NCBI RefSeq assembly: GCF_009914755.1
Contig: NC_060933.1
Length of the DNA stretch: 64,000 nucleotides
DNA from: the human T2T-CHM13v2.0 reference genome, Homo sapiens
Direction: 5' to 3' (one strand)
This document shows, piece by piece, positions 28,767 through 42,516 of this stretch (positions are counted from its first letter, which is position 1; each line of letters opens with the position of its first letter). The position numbers were made by a program, and so were the translations under genes. The notes under the pieces were generated by a model that saw only the letters and a program-made list of their open reading frames with translations, was not told the origin of the DNA and did not search any database.

Positions 28767-29134
28767 TGATGTGGTGTTAATGTTTGTGCCCCCATGCCCC
28801 CAGATTCATATGTTGAAACTTAAATGCTAACGTGACAGTATTATAAGGTGGGACCTCTGGAGGGTGACTAGTTCATTAGGGCTCTGCCCTCATGCATGGA
28901 ATTATGCCCTCATAAAAGAAAGCCAAGAGAGCTTGTCCACATCTTCTGCCACGTGAAGACACACAGAAGGCACCATTTTCGAGGAATGGGCCCTCACCGG
29001 ACATCATATCTGCTGGTACCCTGACTTTGTGCCCTGACTTCCCAGATTCCTGAACTGTGAGCAATAAACTTATGATGTTTTTACGTTTCCCAGTCTATGG
29101 TATTTTGTTATAGCAACCCAAATGGACTAAGGCA
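28767..29134 (+). mobile_element. MLT1A/MSTD-type solo LTR
   Basis: aatgtttgtgccccc...attcatatgttgaaac...ggtattttgttatagcaacccaaatggactaaggca. Confidence 0.85.
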
Positions 29135-30213
29135 GAAATCTTAAATTGATTTTCAATTACTCACTATATTACAACTCAAAGATAATATTCTTTCATGTTT
29201 TGTTGAAAGTCATTCCAGAATTTTTGAAATACATGCATTTTTTTCTTGTAAGAATGTAATTATATCATTGTTGAGATTTATTGTTAAATTTGAATTGGTA
29301 ATAGCTCTTTGTTATTTGTGTTTTAAGCATGTTGATGTTAGGTCTTTTCATTAGCAATAAAGTTAAAATTGATATAATCATAAATATCACGCCTTTTCCT
29401 TATGATTTCTACCATCGATGTCATATATAAAAATGTTTTGGAATTTCAAGATGTAAAAATATTAATCTCTATTTTCTTGTGGTTTCATTCATTCCAATGT
29501 TTTTTTTTCCCTTTTTTTCTGCCTCCATCCCTTCCTTCCTCCTTTTTTCTTACTTTTTCAGTCAAATCTTAAATCCAAGTGAAATTTTATTATACTCTGA
29601 AATTAGGCAAGGATCTACCTTTGTTTCATTTTTTCTAATAGTTTATCAAATTCAGTTTTATATAATTGGGGGAATTTACTAATAGTTTGTGGTAGTTTTA
29701 AAAGTTTTAATAATTTGAATTTTCTAAGAGAACAATTATATAATGTGCAAAAAATTTTTTTGTTCTCTTGATTAATAGTTATATGTTCTATATCTTCTTT
29801 TTGTATGGCCATGGCTGTAACAGTGTTAATGACAATGTTGATAATGGACATCTGTATGTCCTGTGAAATTTTAAGAGAAATGATTCTATTAAAGTTGCAG
29901 TACTGAAAGTGATAGTGGTTGTTACTGTAAGTTAGGTTACTTCAATAATGTGAAATAAATGTTCATATTTCCTAGTCTAAGGTTTATTTCTGTATTAGAG
30001 AACAGACAAGCATGAGCAAACAAAAAGTTAAGACAAATATAGAAACAAAAAATATGGCAGGGATATAGCTAAGTCCTTTTTAAAAGTTAAAGTACTACTA
30101 AGTTGAGTTTTAAAAAGAAGAAAGTTTATTAATATATAGTTCCCAAGAGTTATTCCTGAATAAGAGACTCAAAAAGACTAAAAATAAATTTTGAACAAAA
30201 GCATTTGCTAATG

Positions 30214-30255
30214 ACACACACACACATACACACACACACACACACACGCACACAC
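30214..30255. repeat. (CA)n microsatellite, imperfect
   Basis: acacacacacacatacacacacacacacacacacgcacacac. Confidence 0.92.
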
Positions 30256-30309
30256 TCAGCAAATGAACAAGAAACAAGAAAAATAAACAATTTCTTTATT
30301 ATTAAATAA

Positions 30310-30624
<315 letters not shown>

Positions 30625-30899
30625 CCTAAGCGATTCTTTCAGTTCCTAGGCCTGGCACTTAACAACTTTCCCAAAACGTAACTACTCACTGCTCCTTAAA
30701 AACAATGTAGGACTTCTTGCCCCCATTCCCTCCACTTAAAATGTTTTTCCAGTTCTCTTGGTTCTCTTCTTTGTTCATGACACCCAAATGTGTCACTCTT
30801 CCAGAAGTCTTCTACAGTCACTATTCACTTTGGTGATTATCCTTTCCTTGGAAGCCCTTTGCTTCTTCCTGCTTGAGTGGTTCTGAAGGAACTCAGAAA

Positions 30900-31580
30900 G
30901 TTCCACTTGTCCCTATGTGTGCTGGTCTTGGGCCTCGGCTCATCATTTCTCTCCTGGATTACTAAGGCAGCCTCTAACTAGTCCCCGTGTCATTACAATT
31001 CTAAATAACTCCTCCCCTGCAGTCTAACTGACTTGTATATGATGAACATAAGATTATACCACTCTTGCTCCCAACCATTCTTTGCTTTTATTAGTTATTG
31101 AGATTAAGTCAAAGTTTCCTAGTGCGGCCTTCAAGGCTCCTTATAATTTTGGTTCTGCTTGTTTTCCCAGTCTCATCGCATTGCTTCAGACATGATAATT
31201 CCCTTCAGTTCCTCACATTTTCCAAGTCTTCTCTCATCTTTGGATCTTTTTTATATCTTTTTCTCTGACTGAAACATCCTTCTCACTTTTTATTGAACTT
31301 CCCCTTGAGGTTTCATCGTAAATGTTGCTTCCCTGATTAAAACCTCTCCACCACCTCCTGGAATGGTTAGGTAACCTTACTGTGTACTCTCCTGGTACTG
31401 ACATAATCCCCTCTTTCTAGAACCATAGAAAAATTGTTAGTTACATTTTCAAAGGTGCATCTCCATAGACACCTAGAAGAGATTGAATAAGGTGTTCTTA
31501 ACTTATATTTTTCTAGGATCTAACATATCCCCTGGCATATTGAAGTTAATTCAATAAATATTTGGTGAACAAAACAATAA
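30900..31580 (+). mobile_element. L2 3' region
   Basis: catcatttctctcctggattact...ggccttcaaggctccttat...ctggcatat...ttcaataaatatttgg. Confidence 0.65.
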
Positions 31581-34033
31581 AGCAGTGCTCGGTGAATACC
31601 TTAATTAACCTCTTTTCTTAATAATGTAGACAGGGGCAAATTAATAAACACTTATTTGGAAGACATCTTTTTAGAGCTGTAGCTTCCAAATAATTTGTGT
31701 GAGCCCAGCAGTTAGTCAATGAGTTCTGTTTTATTGATCTAAAAATAAACAAGGAGTACTACATTGCCAGAAATGATTTCAGCTCACTTCTGGGAGGTTA
31801 AGTCTTCATTGGAGGCATTTTTGTTGCTCAGCTGCAGAATGGAGGTCCCCTCCAGCAATATCCAATTAGCTAAAGGGGTTTAGGGATGATTTTGGCAAAC
31901 TCAACTCAGCTTTGGGCATGACTTTGTTCCATCCCTTACTGTGCACATCTTGCCATTTCTGAAGCTGTGAGTCAGGCTGATGGCAGCCAAGCAAGTAGCT
32001 GAACCAGCATGTCCAAGGAGATCCGAGGTGTCCTTGGCTAGGGTCTTTGATGCTATCCACTAGGGGCAGATGTTCTAGAAGTGATGTCACTCTCTTCCTG
32101 TTCCAGTCATAGCTATACAATGGGATTTGTGCAAAGAAGATGTCAAAGTGAATTATAAGTGGCCTAAAAATGCTTTTCTAGGGAATGCTTATGTACGTAT
32201 GCACGCATGTATTTTTGCCTATTTAATTACTAGAGACCCAATGGTTGCGAATTCTAGTCCTTGCTTTGTCATGATTCACCGTATGACCTTGAGCAACTTA
32301 CACCTCTTCTTTGGGTGAAGCTCTGTTCTCCCATCTACACCACAACTGTGTTAGGAAGGTAATCTATCAGGCTCCTTCTAGCAACTTTGTTCTCTTAATT
32401 ATCATGGAGAATAGCAATATTTATTTTATTGTGTTTAAGGAACTGATAAATCTTTCTGAATGCATGGCTAGCAACTCAATGGTCCATTTAGTCTTTTATT
32501 ACCAGTGCCTCAAACAGGTCTGCATTCATAAAAATTCAATACTCTTGCCAATATGTAGTGGAATTTTGAAAAGAAATTGGGTTGCCTTCTGCTGGTTGAC
32601 TACGGCCAGGTTTAAGAAGCATGGAATTCAGAACCAGAATCCAATGGGCAAAGTGGAGTTTTTGAGATGGCTAAGTTATGTAATGAAGTTCAAGATCCTA
32701 ATCTGGAATTAAATTTTTTGTCACTTTAGGTCTTCTGAAAATGAATTATCAAGAATGTTATGACACTCCAGACCTCTTCAAAATAAACTTTTCTTAAACA
32801 CTTACAACTTAAACACTGATGACCTTAGGAAAGCCATCTCCAGTCTCTAAACCTGTAATGTGTGGCTTTTGGATCAGGAAGCCTCTAACATTCCCTTTCG
32901 ATGAACATGAATAATCATGGAAAATTTACAGGTCATAAAGCATAATCTTGTTGAATGCTTTTTCATTTGGACACATTGCAATATCGTCACCATTATCTGT
33001 TGCTATTATACTATCCCTGAAATGTCACTATTGGTCTGAACGTGGAAATGAACAGAAAATAATAGAATAAAGGCACAGGAACAAACATTGACTGAATGCT
33101 TTTCGTGAAGCAGGCCAAGTGCACTGTGCTCAAACACTTTATCTCCTCTAACCCTCGCAGCAGCACTGTTATGTAGGAATTTTATTGATGAGGAAAGCGA
33201 TAACTCAAATTATACTTAGGAAGGCTATATTGGATAGGTTTATCATGGGGAAAAAGATAATTCAAAGGCTTTTGATGAAAGTAACATTTTATTTTCTTGA
33301 TTTTGTTTTAAATCTTTCTTTTTGTTGTTTAGTTTTAAAACGAAAATCTTCAATATTTTTGTCTAGTATTGATTTAGGCAATTGGTGATATTCAGTATAT
33401 AAATCTTATTCTAATCTTTTTTTAGATGTTCTTAACTTTGAAATGTTAAATGAATTAATCTAATGTAAAAAATAAGCAAGATATTATTTATTTCAGCAAC
33501 TGCTTTTGACATTGGTGCAAAGGAAGTTGAACTTTAACGAGGAAATATCATGGGCATTTTAATCACTCCTTTGCTTATGCTTTCACCTTACCCCTGCAAT
33601 GTCTTTATAGTTGGTTAAAGGCAAATTAGTTTGGTCTTCACAGCCTGGGAGACCTGGGTGTGAGTTGTGCTTGAGCTCCTTCCAATATGTAATCTTGGCC
33701 TTGCTCCATCAGAATACTGAGCTTCTGTCACCATGTGGATAACCAGGCCAACCTAAAGGGTTGCTGTTAAGATTCAATGATAAAATGCACTGCGCATTCC
33801 TCAATACCAGGTCAGAGTTTTCCTCACAAAATTGTTCCTTTGATTTGAGAATCTGTGATGCTCTCTCAATTACTGTATTTTGAATAACAAATTTTGTTTG
33901 GGAAAGGTATATTATCTGGAAATGTTCTCAGCCAATTCTAGGGTTAGATTCTTACAGAAGTCATCTAATAGAAGCAGAATTTCTTTTTAAAGGCAGTTAA
34001 ATGTAATCAATATTTCATAACAGCCTCATGTCT

Positions 34034-34254
34034 GGGGAAAGAAAGAGAAGGAAAGAAGGAAAGAAGGAAGGAAGGAAGGGAAAGAAGGAGAGAGAGAGAA
34101 AGAAAGAAAAAAGAAAGAAAGAAAGAGAAAGAAAGAAAGGAAGGAAGGAAGGAAGGAAGAAGGAGGGAGGAAGAAGGGAGGAAGGAGAGAGGGGAAGAGA
34201 AAAGAAAGAAAGAAAAAAGAAAAAAAGGAAGGAAGGAAGGAATGAAGAGAGAGC
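34034..34254. repeat. Polypurine (GAAA)n/(GGAA)n tract
   Basis: About 220 nt of almost only A/G. Confidence 0.95.
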
Positions 34255-35259
34255 CTTTAGATTCTGTGGCCCTTGTTAGAATTCCAAGGAAGACATTATG
34301 TAAACGTTCTGAAGCCTTCCTAATTTTGACTAATACAGAGCTATTGGTATAAATCTGTATTGCTCTGAATTACACAAAGTTTATATTTTTACACAAAGTT
34401 TAAAAATAAATGTAGATTGTCTTTTAAAAAACATATGTTAATTCAAACAAATTGCCAAGTAGGTGTCTCTAGGGACAAATCTTAGTCAATAAAAAAGAGT
34501 GATTTTTTATAAGTTTATCAGCTGATATGTAAAGTGTTTGAGAATAGCTCATTCTCTTACAGTGTTTAAACATTCTTTCAAATGATACCAAAGTTGTTTA
34601 TTTATTTGATAAGCAAATCCTTTTTTCTCAAAATAATGTAGTGGTAAACTTCATTCATTTATGTGTCCTTACTGAATATTTTATGTTCACTTTTCTAAGA
34701 TTTAAAATATTAAGAAAATTCATAAAGTTATTTTTATTAAGCTACTTTAGAAGAATAAAAACAGATTTAAGAAAGCTATTGATTCATTTTAAAAATACTT
34801 GGTTTCTCATCAATTTTAGAAATTTCTACAGGAAGAACTTTACTGAGGCTAGAGTGGGGGTAGGTAAGAAGAGGGTTGCAAGTTTGGGAAAATCTCTACC
34901 AGATGTTTGATTTCTGTTAAACTTTTCACCACCAGTCATCTGGCAGGATTTTCAAAAGACAGATATCAATCTCTTTCTTACAACTTACACCCTATGTTCT
35001 AATATTTCTAAATATTAACACACCATCATAACTCAGTTTTTACTGTCAAGAAAATATCAGTGAGATCGTGTTTACCCCTCATGTGCACACCATCACATAG
35101 TGCACTCTTTCTTCTACAAAATCCCCATTCTCCTTCGTGACTTTCTCTCCTTCATCCACAAGGATCACATCTCTGCCATACATCCATGGCTATGTTCCTT
35201 GAGTTATTTATTCCCAGACTGTAGGGAAACTACTTCTAAAGTAGAATTATAGTTCACAC

Positions 35260-35515
35260 TGTGGTGAGCTATAAAAGAAACAGATTATGAAGTTGAATAG
35301 ACCTGGTTTTAAATCAAAGTTCTGGCATTTTCTAGCTATATGATCTTGAACAAGCACTTAATCTCTCTGAGCCTCTGTTTTCATAGCACTTTTGAATGAG
35401 TTAAGTGAGAAATATAGAGAAAATCCTTATCTCAGTGCCTAATACCTAGTATTAGATATAAGGGGCAAAATAAAGGGTAGGTGATCATAATTTTCATCAT
35501 CATTATCATCTTTGT
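35260..35515 (+). mobile_element. MIR
   Basis: tgatcttgaacaagcacttaatctctctgagcctctgttttc. Confidence 0.75.
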
Positions 35516-35800
35516 TATGGGATAGTGTAATGTACTGAGGCTCCTTGGAACTGAACTCACGTCTTTGACTGCCCAAAGTCATAAAAAATGTGGTAAATTT
35601 TCTTTTAGCCATTCAGCAAATATTTACTGACCACACTGTTGCGCAATCTCTGGGAAGAAGCAGTGTACATAACATGGGCATTGCCCCTCCACCCCCACCT
35701 TGCATGCAATTAAACAATTAGTCATAGAAACTAGCATACAGTTATAAATGGAAAGTGGTCGACCAAGTGAGAGGGAGATGCCAGGTTATTGTGAGAAAAG

Positions 35801-35801
<1 letters not shown>

Positions 35802-35835
<34 letters not shown>
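35802..35835. repeat. (TG)17 microsatellite within an L2 relic
   Basis: Perfect TG run. Confidence 0.95.
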
Positions 35836-35838
<3 letters not shown>

Positions 35839-36165
35839 AGGTGAAGCATGTATTAGAATTAACCAGGTTTGAGTAAGGAAGTGAACATTCCACATGAAAG
35901 GAACAGTAAATGTGAAAGCTCAGAGATATAAAAAGACCATAGAAATGTGTCTTTCTTAAAGACACATGGCTTCCTTGTTCACTTTAGCCACATTATCTTT
36001 TAACTTTCAAGAAAATTAAGGAGAGATGGGAGAGGTAGATGAATATCAGAAGACACAAGGTATAATAGGCCACGCACAGAAGGAGCTTGGTCTTTATTCA
36101 AGAAGTAATGGGCAAACATTTAAGTGTTTAGGCAAGGCAATAACAAAAATGAACTCATAGATACA

Positions 36166-36357
<192 letters not shown>

Positions 36358-37589
36358 TAAGTTGATAGGAAAACCATCACAAGATTTCTATAGTAGGTTA
36401 GGAGAGAAGTGACAAGTGGCTTGGAGAAAGAAGGTAACAGAAAAAAATGCCCTTTGCCAGTATATCCTTTGACTGTGCTTAGCTACGATGACCAAGTCAT
36501 AAATATGTGTGCCCTCTTGCTGCCAGTCTATCTGCGGGGCAGGGGAATCACCACAGAATATTGGAGTTGACATGAAAGAGGTAGTGATCTGTGCTTCACA
36601 ATTAATTACATCATAATTAATTACAACGTTCAACCTTATGCATTCATTCTTTTTTTTTAACTTATCACACATTTATAATTATGAGGATCTATGAGAATCC
36701 CTAGGTAATGGTTCATGTTAAGTGAGTGACTGACTTTTCATAACTTCAGCATTCTCTCATTTATCCTTTTTTAAACTAGAAGGGCATGTTTAGCAGACAC
36801 ACAAAGGAGACAGGCCCACTTGCCACTCTGCCTGTTCTGATGGGCTGGGAACAAGTAGGCTCCAAGACTCAGAAATGACTGTGGTTTCTGCTCTACTCTC
36901 TGGATAATCTAACTACCCAGGGGATAGAAGATTTGTGCCTACCAGATTAAAAAAAAAAATCCTTATTTTTGGTTCTACTGCTACCAGCTTCTTTGACTAA
37001 TTTTGAAATTATGTCTCCTTTCTTTCAGCCACATTGTTACAAATTTATTATCTAGGCTGATGATATCATCTGGAGAGGGTCCAGGACTGTGGTCATTCAG
37101 CTCCTTTTTCCACATTACATAGGCAGCTTCTTCTCTCCCCTTTCAGGTCATTAATTTTTTAAAAGAGGGCTTGCTTTAAATATCTAGAGGAGTGCTTTCA
37201 GCTGTGACACAGAGAAGGTTTCCCCTTTCATAGCCTGCAACACGTGCCTGCTTCTGATTGAAGGCTGCTTGCCCAAGTGGGCATTTGAGATCCCTCAAAG
37301 TGTCTCATGAGAAGTCTTTGGTCAAAGTCATGCTAAAGGCACTTGTTAACTTTGTTTTCAAACTGGAAACAAACTGGAGAAGGAGTAGGAGACCTGACCT
37401 GGAATTGTATGTAATGGGCTATAGGCCAGGAGATTGGAACAGCTTCTCCACAGATTTATTGTGGGGTGTTAGTAATTCCTTTATGGCTCAGCATCCTTCT
37501 GTGTAAAATGAGAATGGCTTCATCCCTCATCTCTAATTTTCAGGAGTGCAGGAAGCATTGGAAGAGGTACCAAGTTTTCTAAAAGCACT

Positions 37590-38065
37590 TTGAAGCTCAT
37601 ACATTCTACAAGTATGTATTGAGCACCGAATATATGTCAAATACTGTGCTTAGCACCAGGTATACAGTGGTGAATAAAACAGGCCTATATGCCAACATGC
37701 AACTTATAATATAGTTGGATAGGCAGATGATATACAAGTAGGCAAACAATAAGTATATAGTTACAAACTGAAAAATGCTCTGAAGGGGTTGGGCTATAAT
37801 GATATTGGGAAATGGGAGTCTGTGTAGAGTGGTCCAGGAATGCCTATCTGAGCAGCTAACCTTGAAATTAAGGCTTAAAAGTTGAGAAAGAGGCAGCCAT
37901 GAAGGAGGTATGTGTGGTATGTGTGTGTACAAGTGCACACATCAGGGGAAAAGACAGATGTTATGAGCAGAAGAACCAATTTCTGTGGAGTATATTAAGT
38001 ATAAAAGAAAGTTTGGTGTATTTCAGGAACCACATACAGAGTGATGTGGCTGAAGGCTGATGACA
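37590..38065 (-). mobile_element. L2 (a/b) 3' region
   Basis: caagtatgtattgagcaccgaatatatgtcaaatactgtgct...tacagtggtgaataaaacag. Confidence 0.78.
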
Positions 38066-41000
38066 AATGGGTGAAAAGAATTACCCACATATAAGATATA
38101 ATAGTACTACATTTTGCAAGCTGTTGAGTGAGAATGCTGATATTAAAATGCATCCAAATAATAGATTAAATTTTCCAATCAAATTACCAAATACTGAGGA
38201 CATGTTGCCAGCTGCTGCAAAAATGAATGAGTTGTGGTACTTTGTCCTCAGATAACTCATAGTGTGCTAAAGGATGGAAAGACACAAGAATAAGCCAATC
38301 ACTATAAATACAAGAAAAAAATAAATAAAGGTACATATAACGGGTTATGGAGAACAAAAAGGAAGAAGCGACCACAACCTTTCATAGTGGTTTTGCATAT
38401 TGAAGCAAAGCTTCTTGGAGGAGGTGAAATTTAAACTTGTCCTTGAAGATGGGTCATATTTCCACCAGTGATACTGTCATTTGTAACCACCTGATCATCT
38501 GCTTTTTAATTTTCTATTAAGACATCTTATGTAATTAGCTGGAATTTAAGAATGATTATATGGTGTGAGGTCAAGATCACATTCCTACCATTGTTTTTGC
38601 CCTTCTTGGCTGTGATAGATCAAAATGACAGAATGCCAAAGAGTAACAGGAGGAAAAGAAGGAAATCCGTGAGGCTATTTCTATGCTATTTGCTCATGTG
38701 ATCCCTTTAACCTGGAAAAATGTGATTCATCCCATTGCACTTCCTGTACATTCTTCAAATAAAAAAAAATGCCTAATTCACTTCGTGCCTATTTATCTAC
38801 CCATTATGTACATACTAACACACTATGCTTTAGGCCCTGTACTGGACACTAGGGATACAGAAGTGAATTAGGATGTCTAGCACATAGTCTAATGCATCAT
38901 AAACACTCAAAAATAATACTTGCTAAATGAATAAAAGGCATGAGCTAAAGTATATTTTAGACAGAAACAGCATATGCAAAGTCATATAGGCATGTAGCAC
39001 GTTATAAGAAATGAAAATTATCATGCATAGCTAGAAGAAAGAACATAAAGGAGAGGCCCATAAAAGAGAAGCCTAGAGTGATAGATGGGGACCGGATCAT
39101 GGTGGACCTTGAGGAAAAAGTTGAGGATTTCGAACATTGACCTTGCAACTATGGAGCATCTGTTGAAGGGTTTTAAACATCTTAAAACAATAACAACAAA
39201 ATCCAATGAAACAGTGAACGAAAACAACAACAAAAGCAAAAACACTAGAAGAAGGGCATGATCTGTATTTCAGCCTACCTCTGTATAGTGCTTGTACAAA
39301 GAAGAGAGAAGTCATTCTTCTTTTCCGAACACATTTTTAACATAGGTAGAATGTGCATAAAAAATTGTCTGATTTTGGTTATGAAGGCAAACATTTTATG
39401 GTTCTCAATATTTGTATTAATTATTTTCCCTTATCTACTCAAGGCTGATCAAATAAGAATATTTTCAGCTGAGATTCTTAAGTCAGATACCGTATATTTG
39501 GATACACCTTACAGAAGAGAAACATCTTAAATTCAGGTGACCAAATACCTTAATTCACCCGGGATAAATTATCCTATTGTCCCATCCAATTTACAATTTG
39601 TTCAGGGTTTTTTTCTTTTTAGTGAAGTATCATTATTAAAAGTTGCATTTTAATTAGGGAGGTGTGTAAGGCCTCCACATTATATTCAGACTTTACAATG
39701 GCCTCAGCTTGTAGTGTGTGAGACACATTGAATGCAGACGACTTCCTTTAACACAGACTTCCTTTTAGAGTTACACCTGAATGACAATCATCCTTAGTCC
39801 ATTTTGTTATTGTTGTTGTTTTCAGACCCTTTCCACACAAAATAACCAACATTTTCCTTTCAGAGTCAGCACGTAAGCCGGACTGTCTAGGAAAACCTCC
39901 CCTTCCTGTGTCTGGAGGTGTTGAAAAAAATAATTCAACAATGCTGCCCCTGCTGGCCACCAGTGTACCATGCAATAATTCCATGGCCCCTGCCACAGCC
40001 CAGGAAATGGAGGAAATGGCCAGGCAGGTCAGTGAGAAATAAAGAGGTGATGTGTGCATGAAATATGGATGGGAAATAAAGGCTGAGTAGTCCTTCCACA
40101 GAAAGTGGTCTGAAGTGCCCTTGCTGCAGTCTTTTTAAAAATCATTTATTGTTTGATGTAAATCTATAATTATATATTGCTTTGTTTGGCAATGGTTTTT
40201 AATTTTGTGATAAAGCCTTCCAGTATTAATAAAATCAAATAATGAAAGTGCATCTTTAATAAAACAGAAATTAAAGACTGTGATTCTTGAAACCATTTCA
40301 AGAGATTTGTAAAGGTTATTTTGAGAAAACGACTAGATGACGGTGCTTGAATATGAGCAGTGGCAGAAAGTACAGTCGAATGCCATTTGGGGGCATCTAG
40401 TCGTGTAGCTACAATCTTTTAAAGGAGATCCTATTGTTAATTAGATAAATTTATATTTAGTGCTGAATTAGAATGAAATTGAGAAGATGTACAATTTGGT
40501 AGCACCTAAATTTAGCATCATAAATAGAGATACTTATTTTACAAGTTTTCGTCTTGTAAAAATATTTGTTGAAAGAGCCATCTGGTTAAATTGAGAGAAA
40601 AGAGTACTTGTAAAACATATTTGGGCTGAAATATTTACACATTTAAATGTGAAAAAACAGAGTTGATAAATTTTCCTACTTAGCATAAATTGCTCTGAGA
40701 TTTGCAGGTGTCTTGGCATCTGTAGAGTGTATTTTCTCAATATTAAGGTTTACTAAGTAAAGTCAATTGAGGGTATCAAAAATTTTAAATTTCTTGACCA
40801 TAATGCAGATCTCTGAGAAAAACTGCAGGCAATTTAGTGGAAATATCAAAACTAAAAGGACCATACTGAGAGCAAAAAGCATTAAAAAAATCAGTGATAC
40901 TAAATTAGATATAAATATGACTAAGAAAGTCATTATATTAGCTAAATATCCACTGATAAAAGTTATCATTTCCTCTGCTCAAATAATCACTACACTAATT

Positions 41001-41674
41001 TAAAAAGTAAATTCTGTAAGTATATGTGAACTTAAGCTATTTTAAAAAATAATTTAATTTTTGGAAACAGCTTTTTTAAAGAACGATTTTATAGGTCTAA
41101 CAGTATAATAAAACCAGTCTGTCAGACAACAAATAAATATTTGAAAAATTATATAATTATTTTAATAGTTTAAGTGCTTTGTCTGTGCTCAGAAGTGCCC
41201 CTGTGAGCACTGTGAATTATATGATTATTTCTTATAAAGCCCCTTTTACTTTTCCTTGATCTCTTTGACCAAGCGTACATTGTATCTTAAGGCAAGACTT
41301 TGTTACGGTCCCTCTGCTATCACAATCTTGAATGTAATGAAAGGCGTTTTTCCTCAAATCAATTCTAGAGGCTATCCTCTCACCCCATTCCCGCAGTCAC
41401 TGGTATTTGGAGACTTGTGGTTGAACAGGATCTCTGGAATGAATATCTCAGTGGATGCCAGGCACGATGGTCCTACATAAAAAATTTGCTTTGAGGGCTT
41501 CCTAACATCAGAAATGGGTGCTTTTCCAGATTAATTCACCTTTTTAATCTGTCCATAGAGAGGAGTAATAGTTGCAAACTGCTTAGTTTCATTAGAAAAG
41601 CTTTCTCCTGTTTTTAATGGCACAGGGAGTCCAAGAAGGGCCTATTTTTAATTGTTTCATGTTTTACTGATATC

Positions 41675-42516
<842 letters not shown>

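Noticed and set aside
34028-34279. K/E/R-rich 83-aa ORF
   Set aside because: Translation of a polypurine simple repeat.
40337-40408. 23-aa micro-ORF MTVLEYEQWQKVQSNAIWGHLVV over the hairpin
   Set aside because: No promoter or splice evidence and no recognisable homology; the length is expected by chance.
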